Positions 11,272 to 23,722 of a stretch of 64,000 nt of DNA are shown here, piece by piece (positions within the stretch are counted from its first letter, which is position 1; each line of letters begins with the position of its first letter). Both the position numbers and the translations under genes were made by a program. The notes below the pieces were generated by a model. That model was not told where the DNA came from, made no database searches, and worked only from the letters and a program-made list of their open reading frames with translations. Source of the stretch: Catajapyx aquilonaris (Eukaryota); assembly GCA_000934665.2 (NCBI GenBank), contig KZ538387.1:1-64000 (forward strand). The letters run 5' to 3'.

Positions 11272-12378
11272 GCCCCATATAGCCCTATGCATGATAAGTA
11301 ACATTTAACATAGCCTATACATCACCCATACAAAGCAATTACGTGTTTTCCTATTTTCTTACCACTTTCTGGTCTTTCGAAATTTCCCCAAAAATGGCCA
11401 AGCTGCATTACCCGATGTTTCATGTGAATAGCTTAAGTTGGCGAAATTAAGCCACTCACATTGTATTTCACGCCTGATGTGGTAGTGCGTTCTAGCACCG
11501 TGTGTTACTCATGTCACACATTAATATCCGCATGCCGATGCAAATATTGAACCGGTTGTCGTGACGATCATAAAGATATGCGACAATGATCGCAATGCCA
11601 GCGATCATGGTGTATCAGTAGTCTACCCCTCTTGCTTACGTGACATCTTTACAAGTGAGACATTTTCACCTGTCCGCTGTTTGAAGTGCGATAATGCATG
11701 GCATTAAGTTTAGTGGCAGCGGACAAAACCTGTTGTTACTTATTCTTCAATGAAATGTGACAGTGGAGCTGATACATGTTGGTTGCACAGTATCGGTCCC
11801 ATTCGAGGTCCCATTATAATTCCGAATGGTCAGCCTCTGGAGATGGTGATGGTGTTGTGACACTTTCCTGCCATTTGGAATGAAGGCAGAGGTGTGATTT
11901 TGTGATGATCAGTAATTATAAAGGTTATATTTGTTCAGCGCGGACATAACTGCAACGAGTCTTGAGCAATAATCTTGTCAATTCAAGGCACGGCGCTTCA
12001 AGACTACATGACCCGACCTCGCTTTCACCTCTCAAGCAGGCATTAATCGGGTCTGGTTTGGGAAGGCGGAGTTTGTCCGCATGTGTTGCGGGGAGGCCCT
12101 TGACAGTCAGGATGAAAATTTCCATGTAGAGTTGTGCCATTCCTTCTGAGCGGTACTGTACCTCTCCAAGGAAAACTTTAGTAAAAGGCGAAAGATTTAC
12201 ATGAATATTGAAGAGGAACCAGAGTATGAGTTGTTGGCATTTGTGGTTGGTTGGTTGGTTACCCAGTTGGCCTGAAGAAGTCTTCAGGAGACAGGCAGAA
12301 TTTCAGTCATATGGGAAGATGGTGGCGCCCAGTTGTGTGCTGTCAAGTGTAGAGCGCTTCAGATCTCTTAGTACAGTA

Positions 12379-13214
12379 CAGGGGTATTCAACTAGTTTCT
12401 GAAAAGGTCCAGTATTTACCTTCCCTGGGCCATTGAAGGTCCGGACCACTATGGATTTTATATGGTACCACAGGGTTCATATTCGAAAATATAAACATGT
12501 GCAGCAAGGGTAAAAGGGCCTATCAAGACATTGTCGCCCTTTATGATGTCCTGTACAGGGGCATAGGCAGAAGAATTTCGGAGGGGGACCCATTTCGTAA
12601 GCACAAGGTGAACAAGCTGTAAAGGGCGGGGAATGAGCCCGCCGCAGGCGAAATTTTTGGGGGGTTGAAGGTCACATGCGCTTAGGTGAGATGTGGGAGA
12701 TTTGAATAGGTGTGTATTTGATAAAATTGGTAGCACTTTTTCCAAAAAAAATCATGAATGAGTAATTTATCATGCTATTTCAAACTGTCCTGTATATATT
12801 TTTTTTTTGCCTGTACCCCATTATCGGACCTTGGGCCCTTATTAGGGGAGTGGTATACCACTATTTTTTGGGAACCATATAATATATATATGTTAATTGT
12901 TCCAAGGTAAGTATAGGAGGGGATGTGCAAAGTGCAAGTGCGCTGTCGTTAATTGGTCATTTTGTGAACTCCCCCGGGTGGCTTAGTCTATCGGAAATTG
13001 CCACCCGAAACGAAGCCAGAGATGGCCCAACTCTGCACGAAAGAAGGTGGGAACCCCGGGTGGGGATTGAACCCGGGACCTTAACTTCCGTGGGCGCGCG
13101 TGTTACCGCGGCGCCACTCCGTCTCCCTACTACTGTCCTGTATATTGTCGTGATCTGGACAAAATTGCGTCGCGGTCCGGATCCGGACAGCGGTCCGCCA
13201 GTTGAATATCCCTG
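12379..13214. mobile_element. hAT-like non-autonomous element containing a nested SINE
   Basis: TIR caggggtattcaact / agttgaatatccctg (14/15); 8-bp TSD gtacagta / gtatagta. Confidence 0.7.
12798..13131 (-). mobile_element. tRNA-derived SINE, family S1, full length
   Basis: Head gggagacggagtggcgccgcggt...ggttcaatcc (A and B boxes); A-rich tail; 14-bp TSD actgtcctgtatat at 12784-12797 and 13132-13145. Confidence 0.85.
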
Positions 13215-13239
13215 GTATAGTATTTATTTATGCACTTAG

Positions 13240-13549
13240 CTGCGGTAACGTATGCGCCCAAGGATGTGAAGGTCCCGGGTTCGATCCCAGCCCGGGAACA
13301 CCCCCTTCATCTCGTGCAGAGTTCAGGGTCATCTCTGGCTTCGTCTGGGGTGGTATTTCCAATAGACTAAACCACCCGGGGGAGTTCACTAAAAATGGCC
13401 ACATAATGACATTGCACTGCACCTTGCACATCCCCTCCTGTCATCCTGCCCGTGGGCCCGGGCGTTACGTATAAAGGCTACAATGTACACGACATAATAA
13501 AAATAAAGGTCCGTGCTATATACCTCTGATGAGGTCAGCACTATACCGG

Positions 13550-13616
<67 letters not shown>

Positions 13617-13620
13617 TATT
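13240..13620 (+). mobile_element. SINE S1 variant with (ATT)n microsatellite tail (13550-13620)
   Basis: gcggtaacg...ggttcgatcc head; body homologous to 12912-13127; ends in >20 ATT repeats. Confidence 0.8.
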
Positions 13621-13920
13621 ATATTTCTTTATGTACTTGCTATTTTTTTGCATCAGAGTAACACAATTTGGCCACTGCAATGCTTCCAACATTCGTCCCT
13701 GTAACTGGAAAGCTCCAAACACCACAGAAAATATCATAACTTGCACAAATGTGAATGGGTGAAAACTAAATCATGCACACTGCCCAGGGCAATAGAATGG
13801 CTTCCTTCATCTGATATAATGTATTTTTATTCATCACTGACCCAAAGTTCTCCGCAGCATATAACAGTCTTCTCTCCCTTTCATTTGCATCACAACCACT
13901 CGATCACAACGGTACCTCTA

Positions 13921-15343
13921 TTAGCTTTGGAAAATGGATGGTGCATATGATGGATTGTTCCATTCTTTGGATATGACTCCATTGACAAAGTGTTCACTGC
14001 ATATACGTGCATCTCTTGTCGGTTCCCAGGGTGAACCATCGGGGCTGAAATGAATAAGTTTTTTTTAAACACATTTCCACTACCAACATGCATGCAACTG
14101 CTGATGGCATAAAAAATATTGGACCCCTAGCAATCAAATGGAACACAAATTTTCATTGAATTAAAGAATTTCTTCCAGCATGGATTTTGTGGTGTATCAT
14201 GATCACTTCTGTTGGAATTTATTCCGAATAAATTAAGATGAAAAAGCCAAACTCAGTAGTTACATAGCTAGTGAAAACCTGCTGTTGGAAGGTGTGAACT
14301 TTGCATTTGAAATGGCCCCAGAATTTTATTTGTATGCTTATGAAAATGGTAGATGATGGTCAATTTTTGAGTCCTACACTGTTCACTAACAATGTTTAAT
14401 TTTGACAAAATAAACAAATTAACGTAAGCATGATTACCCACTGTGAAATCCTATTTGCAGTGTTACCACAGTGTTCAACCAGCATTAACAGAGTGGAAAA
14501 CGAAACGATCATCATTTTGTTCTCGTGCAACAATAGCAGAAAACAAAGTTCTTTTTGTTGACACTCTTTACTCATATTGTTGTGTGACGACGACGTCAGA
14601 TCGTCGTTTCTTTTTCTGCACAGTATTAAACATCACTGTCAGTAAACAGTCTGCAACTCAACATAATTGGGCAATATCTGCCATTGTCATAAAAATTAAA
14701 ATTCTGCCATGTTTCTACTGTATCTCTTTCCATGGCCATGTGAAATGCTAAGAAGAAACCAATTATTATTGTAGGTACTCATGTGTTTGCATGGCCTATA
14801 CACCATGAGCTGGCTGGCAAGACCAATCTTGTTTCGTCACATGGTGCATAAAATCAATTAGGAGCAGCTCCGATATCCCCACTGCTATGAATGTACAAGT
14901 AATTCAAGCTGCCTACCCTGCCAATGCAATGATGCTGAATTGAAAAAACAATCTGAAAATTTGCGAAATAATCCTCAAAATTGTAATTTTTGACTTGCAA
15001 AATATCCCTTCAGATAAATGTTTCAATACTAGAACCCTGTACATCAATTTAAGCCTGTAATCTGGTCACCCTGGGTACCTTATCCATGAGTTCCTACATT
15101 CATGTATCAAATATGTTGCAACAAACAAGTTCACCATGTGCGTAATCGAATAACATTAAGAGCAGCTTGCTTACTTTGTCCTGTCAAGTGCTGCAATCCA
15201 CTGTTTTCTCTGATGAATATAACATTGGTGCACAGGAAATGGATAAAATCTCGTCCCAGCTGGAGCGTTTTTGGAGGTGTTTGAACAGCCAATGACGATG
15301 CAACATTTATGGCCTGGCGCTCTGGTCCTTTTCTTTGCTACGG
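13921..15343 (-). CDS. THAP (C2CH) domain, exons 15343-15175 and 14044-13921; 5' exon not fixed
   Basis: Spliced product (A)VAKKRTRAPGHKCCIVIGCSNTSKNAPAGTRFYPFP...RKQWIAALDRTN|PDGSPWEPTRDARICSEHFVNG...PSYAPSIFQS*. All THAP signature residues are present; the phase-2 donor (15174) and acceptor (14045) match. Confidence 0.85.
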
Positions 15344-16560
15344 CTGAGGAGGAAAAGAGAATCACATAATCGTGGCTAAACACTGTGCTGCTCAAGTAGA
15401 AGAAATAAAATCACATTTCAGCCATCACATGTCCCCACAGTTGTTTGACTTGAAAAATAATCATAGTTTTCACAGCACCTGCCTGTAAAACACTGCTTCT
15501 GGACAAAATAAGCCAAAACACATCATCATAGACATTGCACGTCATGACTAAAATCATCAAGCATGGAAAACTGAATCCATGTAGCTGTTTCTGCTTCTGC
15601 TGTAAAAATATATTAATAACAAGATATGTTTATCAATTCAATATCACACATCATATTGTAACACATTTTATGGCTTCTAATAACTAATACATCAATATAT
15701 TCAAATGCAGGTACAGTATCACTAAATCAGTGATTTCAAACGCCCACAATGTCCCACCTTATAGACTACACTGTGTATCATTATGGGGCATATTTTAATT
15801 TCACGTGTTTATGACAGACATAATAAAGTAGAGAAAGTTCTCATTACACATAAACATAATAAGCAATAATAATATATTATAAGCAGATATGCCTTCCTTC
15901 CCATGAACCGATAAAATGCTCCTGTCACAGACCTCACTATTCCATGCCTACCCCTTTCAGGATCCACAGTAACTCTACAATGAGCTGTCTTTGTAATTTT
16001 ATTTCTGGGAGCAGTATTAAAATCAATTAATAACATGGTCCAACCACTTGTTCCGTTTCCGGGCTCATTGCAATATTTGCCCAGTGATTTACACAGCAGC
16101 TATTCATGGCTGATACTGATGAGGGAATAGGACTCAAAACTACAGCACATTCGTCTTAATTTTATGGCACAAAAAAATCACGCACTTTTCGCAGGTAAAA
16201 TATATAGACAACACCCTGCTCAATATTGGTGAACCTGGCCTTGTATACTAACAGTACGATACAGCCACCAGATGCGTGTTTTCTATACTTAATGTGATCA
16301 ACGCCATTTTTATCGGCAAGCTGCTCTATGTGGGGTAATATGGTACAAGTCCACCGACACTGATTATTTCCAAGCACTGATAAAATTTCAAAAACAGTTG
16401 CCTCTGACTAACAAAACCTCTTCCCAAATGTATTTAAAACATCAATTTTTCTCGCCACTGACTATAACTGTCATATTCTCTGATTACGCAAATCCTTATA
16501 ACATGCACTCCAATAATTTATTTGCATCATGACAAACTGATGGATGTGAAAAGGCAGCCA

Positions 16561-17798
16561 TTATTTCTTATTGTGCGATTTTGTGTGCGCATTCAAAGCA
16601 GAACTGGTGTGATATGCTTTGTCACATAAATGACAGTTGTAAGGTTTCTCCCCAGTGTGCACTCTTTTATGCACAGTCAAAGCACTACGAGCGTAAAATG
16701 ACTTGCTGCAGGTGTCACACGTGAAAGGCTTTTCTCCACTATGAATCCTTGCATGATAATCTAATGCACTGGAAGACGCATACGAGTTGCTGCACAACCT
16801 GCAAGTGTAAGGCTTTTCTCCCGTATGTGTCCTAGTGTGATAATTTAGAGCACCAAGTGAAGCATATGACTTGTTGCAAAGTTTGCATGTGTAAGGCTTT
16901 TCTCCGGTGTGCGTAATTGTGTGCATACGTAAAGAAGTGCTGGTAGAAAATGACTTGTCACATAATTTACAAGCAAAAGGCTTTTCACCTGTATGAGTTC
17001 TTGCGTGCTTTTGTAGGTTACAGGTGTTAGCAAAGGGCTTGTTGCACCACTTACAGTTATAAGGCTTTTCTCCCGTGTGTGTTAAGATGTGCTGGTTCAG
17101 ATGGCTGTTCTTAGAAAATGACTTGTTGCATGTTTTGCATACGAAAGGCCTTTCACCAGTGTGGAGCTTCTTGTGCGCAGTCAGGCTGCTTGGGCAGGAA
17201 AATGACTTGCGGCACAAGTCGCACTCGAATGCTGCCTGGGTGGCATGGATCTTCCTATGCTGCTCTAAGTAACTGCGAGAGGAGTATGACTTGCCGCACA
17301 ATTCGCAACAGAGCAAGTCGATGGAACTCTGCACCTTATGAACGTGAATGGGGTCCTCTGGAATGATGCGGCTGAATTCAAATCTACTATCTAGCGACGT
17401 ATCTGGTTGCGCCACTAGACCGCACTCGCTTGCTTCTTCTCGGCACAGTTGCCTCAAGTCCTCCGTCACAGATAGTGTCTCACCCTCCGCCTCTTTCTTT
17501 ACTCGTAGGAATAACAGGTCATCTGAAAATTAAATTCAGCTCAAACAATAATTGACATCTGAACCTTGACCTCACCTAAATTTGCCAGGGGGTCGGTTGT
17601 GTCATGTTGTTGGCACGGTGCTGGCATCGTAATCATTTCTTCCTCCTTCAATTTCAGTGGCACGCTACACCCTTGGAGGGCACCCAGCATCAACGGTCCT
17701 TCCGGATTCAGTTGTGCCGCACACCTATCTTCCATCTTCACTGGCATGGCCATCCACTCCTCTTCCTTGTTCTCCTCCTTCACTTGCACCCAGGCCAT
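16561..17798 (-). CDS. C2H2 zinc-finger protein, 9 tandem fingers; exons 17798-17576 and 17522-16561 (start could be 17855)
   Basis: Nine CxxC...HxxxH fingers, most with TGEKP(Y/F) linkers; acidic VKEE-rich N-terminal exon joined in frame by phase-1 intron 17575-17523. Confidence 0.88.
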
Positions 17799-18776
17799 TC
17801 CGGCTTCTGGAAATGAAATTGAGCTAAAACGAGGAACTACGGTGCGGTGTTGCATGAAGTTCTCTCCGGCCTTAGCGCTTGTTCACTTGCCTCATCCGAT
17901 CTGATGGTCCTTGGGCAGATGAGGTGACCCTGACCAGGCTGCAGGGGCTGACCTCCAGTGGGCAAGGGCAGGTGGGCACACCTGGAAGGCTCACTAAAAC
18001 AACAAGCAAAGGGTCACCATCGAGCGTGCTACTGACATCGTCTCAATCGCCATCGGGCCGGAGAGAAGCCATGCCAGGTGCAACGTGCGGTTTATTTGAA
18101 TTACCTATGACGTTATAATTATAATTATAATGTTTAATATCCTAATTAATAATATTTTTATTTATTTATTTTATATATTTATTGTTCCCCGTGAGACCCT
18201 TACGGGAGCTATGGGGGGTGGTACACCACTATTTTTCCGCAATTTTCTAAGTTAACTCAAAGTTATATAAACGTTTAAAAAATAGATCTGCGCAGATTAA
18301 GTATTTCATTGGACAATAAACTCTCACTTGAAAATTACCTTCAATAAAAATATAGCTACATATCCCCACTCTAACGACGCTGCATGCTTTATTTTGTACA
18401 AGTTTTATGGCTTACTCATACAATTACATAATGGGGACAGCTCGGGGGCCAGGGTGTATGACTGACTGTTTACTCTCGTGCCATGGTCAAGGTTGCGTCA
18501 TTCTTCATCCTGTACTCAGGTATGTAACACGCTACATTATTACAGACGTGTTCGTATAGTTTTAACCATAAATATTAATATATATGGTTTTAACATAGTT
18601 GCACATTTCTGGCTCCCAGCCTAACTGACCTCATTTTTAAAATATGGCACACACGTAACATATGACATTCCGAAGAGTCTTGATCAGAACTTTCAATGTC
18701 AATTATGCAACTATCTGATTCAAAATGCGCCGCACTTTTGGCTCTTCAATACACTTTTCATAGCAGATTTGTCAAG

Positions 18777-20965
18777 ATGATTGCTGAAATAGTGCTGTTC
18801 GTGATTGTGTTCATCCTGACCTACGCAATCACTAAGAGAGGGTTCCAATCTGGCAAATACCCTCCAGGTAAGCCATAACATCAATTACTAGTCCATAATT
18901 ATAGTACTACGAAATTTTTTGCAGGACCTCTGGGCCTTCCTATAGTGGGATACGTCCCATTTTTGGGTATAGCACCACATAAGACTTTTGTCCAACTGGC
19001 CAAAAAATATGGAGACATATTTAGTGTCAACCTAGGAATGACCAGGTATGACAATATAAATTGTTAAACTACAAGTGACTCACTCTGTTGACATTACAGC
19101 TACGTAGTAATCGGTAAAGTTGATCAAATAAAAGAAGCTTGCAAAAGACCAGAGTTCCAAGGACGCCCAATTTTGGATTTCCATAGGATATGGGCTGGAG
19201 CTGGAACTGACCAACTTCATGGTAAGTTGCAACATGTTTGTTGGTTGACATTTGATTGTTACGGATATTGACAGGAATCGTATTCAATGATGGTGAGGGG
19301 TGGGCAGAGCAGCGTCGATTCACTGTGCGACACCTGAGAAACTTTGGTTTTGGTAAATCCAGTATGGAAGACCTGATTTTACATGAAGTCACTCTCCTTC
19401 TGAATTCACTCAAGTAAGTGATATAATATGCACAGCTCACAGTGTCCTTCAATATCATTATGTAATCGACAGTACAACGCAATAAATCAACATATCATTC
19501 TTCTCAGGACCAAGATATCTCAGCCTGTTGAAGTGTCTGAACTATTCTCGATCGCTGTTGTGAACTCTATATGGACACTGATCAGCGGAAAAAGCTTCAG
19601 TCACGATGACCCCTTTCTTAGTGACCTGGTGGTGGAACTGGAGAAGTCAGTTCTCTATAATATCGTCTAATTGTTGACTTACTAATAGCCTATTTCCCCT
19701 CTAGGAATGTCGCCGAAGTGAACCCTGCTGTCATATATTTTGAACGTTTTGCCAAAATGTTTCCAAATATGTTGGGTCGAACTAGATTAACAACTGCCGT
19801 TGAAAAACTACGCAAATTGTGCACGGTAAGTGTGGAACAGTCTCACTGATCATCTCATGAAACAATGCTCACTGATACAGGAGGAAGCTGCATCTCACAA
19901 GATTGATTTCGACCCAGACAATCCGCCAAGAGACTTTACTGATGCTTATCTGAAGGAAATGAAGGACGCCAACAATAATTCGTCTTCATTTTACGGCAAA
20001 AAAGGAGGTAAGTGTCATCCGGATGTATCCGCTGAAGATAGGGCTTTATCCGCAAGGAAGAAAGGTTCGGTTAGGGCCGGTTGCGGGGACCACCTTTGCT
20101 TGACAAACTGACATTATTATGTCGACAGATATGTCCCTCGTGACAACAATGATGGACCTGTTTGGTGCTGGGTTCGAAACAACCAGTACTGCACTCACTT
20201 GGAGTTGTCTGTATCTGGCTTATTACCCCAAGGTTCAAGCAAAGGTTCAGAAGGAGCTGGACGACGTGAGTGGACGTGAAAGACTTCCAAATGCATCTGA
20301 CAAGTAAGAAAGTCTTGTTGTATGACCTTCGTTCTGCGCATGCGCAACGGGAAGAAGCAGCGCCTCGGGTGGCTGGGAGGAGGAACTAAACAGTGATTAC
20401 TTTTTAGGCTGGTTTATTTGGAAGCTACAATCCAAGAAGTTCTACGATCATCCGGTATGGTGCCACTGATGGTTCACCACAGAGTCACGGAAGACACAGG
20501 TGAGAATCTTGCTGAAGTAGCCTGCTAAACATCTGACAAATTCGGTATTTCCGCCAGAGTTTCATGGATACAGACTCCCCAAAGACACGAACATCATGTT
20601 CAATTCATACCAAGCAACACGTGATCCTAGTTATTGGGACGAACCTGAGGAGTTTAGTCCTGAAAGATTCGTTGGACCGGACGGAAACTTCAAGAGCAAC
20701 GAAGCTTTTCTCATGTTTGGATCAGGTATGTATACACATGATGAGTGTTGTCGATTTGTTAATAATTTAATTTGTATTTGCAGGGAGGAGGGTCTGCATT
20801 GGTGAAGGATTTGCACGTTTGGAGGCCAAGCTGTTCCTGGGTTCCATTTTGCAAAAGTTCAACCTGGCACTGGAACCAGGGCCTAAACCATCTTTGGAAC
20901 CACGTTCTCCTGGAATCACCATTCATCCTAATGAATTCCGACTTGTTATCACCGAACGTACTTAA
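18777..20965 (+). CDS. Cytochrome P450, CYP2 clan (copy 1), 11 exons
   Basis: TM anchor plus YPPGPLGLP; WAEQRRF; I-helix DLFGAGFETTS; EVLR; FSPERF; heme FGSGRRVCIG. Confidence 0.92.
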
Positions 20966-21481
20966 CTCACAGTGTTGACCATTTGTGAAAAATGTCCATC
21001 TAATACAAATTAAATATTCATTAAGTCGTGCTAAATGCAATGTATGCAGTGTGCACATACTAACTTGTAGGCTACTCAAATTTTCGAATAAAAATATTGG
21101 TTACGCCACTAGCAAGATTGTTATTGTCTGTTTTATGGGCATTATTATCCATCCTGTAAGCTGTAGGATGTGACCTTCAGTGTTCTTGTAACACAAAATG
21201 ACTGATAATATTTAGTTGGCATCAGTTATATCAGCCTCAGTTATATACATTTTGCTCTATACAGTTCAAGTGCTCATTAAATTTTTTTGGAACATTAATG
21301 ACATATGTAGGACTTACAGGATGAGTGAAAGTGATTCATTCCGTGTAAAAAAGTGACCTTTATCGTGGATGAGTTGGTTGCGTAACATACACAACAAGTT
21401 TGGCCTTCATGATACGTAGCATTATATTGAGCTTAGGGTCTGTGAAGCAAGTGCTTACATGGAATAGAGCTAGGGTCAATC

Positions 21482-23539
21482 ATGATAGTGGAAATAGTTT
21501 TGTTTGTAACTGTGCTTATCTTGACATCTATGTTGTTTCGGAAATTCGGGGATTCCAGTAACTTTCCTCCAGGTCAGTACCGTAATTTTATGATTGGTTT
21601 TATGCTAAAATAATTATTTACAGGTCCAACAGGCATTCCAATATTAGGATATGTTCTGTTTTTGGGAAACGAACCTCAAAAGACCCTGGCTAAATTGTCT
21701 AAAAAATATGGAGATATTTTCAGCGCTAATATGGGACCTAACAGGTGAAATTATTTATTTAAAAATTTCGACATTAAAATACAAATCACATTATCTCATG
21801 TGCAGATGTGTATTTGTTGGCAAACCAGTTCACATTAAGGAGATAAGCAAGAGGCCTCAATTTCAAGGTCGTCCTAATCTCGACTATTTCAAGCTATGGG
21901 CAGGACATGAACAAACTCACGGTACATGTACAGAGTCATAATTATTATGTTCATGTATTAATTAAACTATTTTTAACAGGAATACTTTTTAACGAAGGAG
22001 ACAATTGGGCAGAGCAACGTCATTTTAGTGTCCCTCAACTACGTAACCTTGGTTTTGGTAAATCTAGCATGGAGGACATTATTTGTCATGAAGTCTCTCA
22101 ACTACTGGACTCTCTCAAGTATGTATCACCATTTAATTGTCTTAATCTGTTAATTTAAACAAATTAAATTTCAGATCCAAAATGTCTGAACCTGTGGAAG
22201 TAAGTGAATTATTCAAAATTGCTGTTCTGAATTCCATATGGACTTTGGTGGCCGGAAAGAGCTACAAACATAATGACCAATTTCTAAAAGAGCTGGTGAA
22301 GCTATTGGAAAAGTATTTACCGTGTTTTACACATTTCATAGATTAATAGATTAATAGATTATTCTCTTAAAGTGATGTGGTGGACACGAACTTTTTGGCC
22401 CTGTTTATCCCTGCTCTCAGTCGCATGTTTCCGAAACTTATGGGACGGAACAAGATAATTAATGCTCTTAACAAGCTCAGGAATTTAATCAAGGTAAATT
22501 AATGTCATACATTTTTAATAAAAAATTATAATAATGTTCGTTGTAGAAAGAAGTGGAAGCTCACAAGGTAGAATTGGATGCAGACAATCCTAGAGATTTT
22601 ACAGATGTTTACCTAAAGAAAATGAAGGAAACGACAGACATAAAATTGTCATTTTATGGAACAAAAGGAGGTAAATAATGCGGAAGAGCAAACACGGAAA
22701 AATTAATTATCTTTATTTATTTTTTAAATAAACAGATCATTCGATAGTAACGACAATGATGGATCTTTTTGGCGCCGGATTTGAAACAACAAGCACAGCC
22801 CTAACATGGGCTTGTTTGTACCTGTCGTATTATCCGCGTGTCCAGACGAAACTTCAAAGCGAATTGGATAATGTGATTGGTCGAGAGAGACTTCCAACTA
22901 CATCTGACAGGTTCAGTTGATTTCATCATATCAATAAATGCATATATATTGAAGTATAATCTGTGTCTTTAGGTTGGTGTATTTGGAAGCCACGGTACAG
23001 GAAGTCCTTCGGTTTTCGGCAATGGTACCGCTGCTGCCGATACACAGGATGATTGAGGAGACAGGTCTGTGGATGGTCTGCTCAACATCAATAGTTTAAT
23101 TCTTTTAAAATTTTATCGATACAGAGTTTCACGGATTCAGACTTCCAAAAGGCACATGGGTGATAGGCAATGCTTATCAAGCCTCACGTGATCCAGAATA
23201 TTGGGAAGAACCAGAGGAATTTCGGCCAGAAAGATTCATAGGTCCAGATGGTTCTATCAAAAGCAACGAAGCATTCCTCATGTTTGGAACAGGTACTTTA
23301 CATTTCATGGAGATTGTTACGAATATGCATTGTTTATTTCACTTTCAGGAAATCGGAAGTGCATTGGGGAAGCCCTGGCTCGTCTTGAGATCAAACTCTT
23401 CCTAGGGTCGATCCTGCAAATGTTTAACCTATCATTAGAACCAGGACCTATGCCATCGTTGGAAGCACGTTCTCCTGGAATCACTATTCATCCTCATCCA
23501 TTCAAACTCATTTTAAGCATGCGAGATCCTTCTGAATAA
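21482..23539 (+). CDS. Cytochrome P450, CYP2 clan (copy 2), 11 exons
   Basis: FPPGPTGIP; WAEQRHF; DLFGAGFETTS; EVLR; FRPERF; FGTGNRKCIG; intron positions match copy 1. Confidence 0.9.
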
Positions 23540-23722
23540 TATTTGTAACCAAATATTGTTTCTTAATCTTTTAACATACAATCATGTAACTGATCTGAAC
23601 CAATGCCTCTGACTAGGGCAAAAAATGTCAAATAAAGTGGCTATATTGACTGATTATGTTAGCGAAGATAAGATGACGGAAAGTGTTTTTCGCAAAGGAG
23701 GTAGTATCAGTGTAGAGCAAAA

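Larger units (their letters stand above)
10060..11569. mobile_element. ~1.5-kb foldback-like element or inverted duplication with ~280-bp imperfect arms
   Basis: 10060-10346 is the reverse complement of ~11296-11569 (e.g. cacatcaggggtgaaatacaatgtgagt vs actcacattgtatttcacgcctgatgtg). Confidence 0.7.

Noticed and set aside
11580..12375. Possible gene in a moderately GC-rich stretch
   Set aside because: I could not build a consistent spliced ORF or recognise any motif.
13525..13552. Hammerhead ribozyme (CTGATGA-ggt...acc)
   Set aside because: GGAT replaces the required GAAA, and the motif is not conserved in the related tail near 48900.
13513..13762. Poly-Ile/poly-Tyr ORFs
   Set aside because: Translations of the (ATT)n SINE tail.
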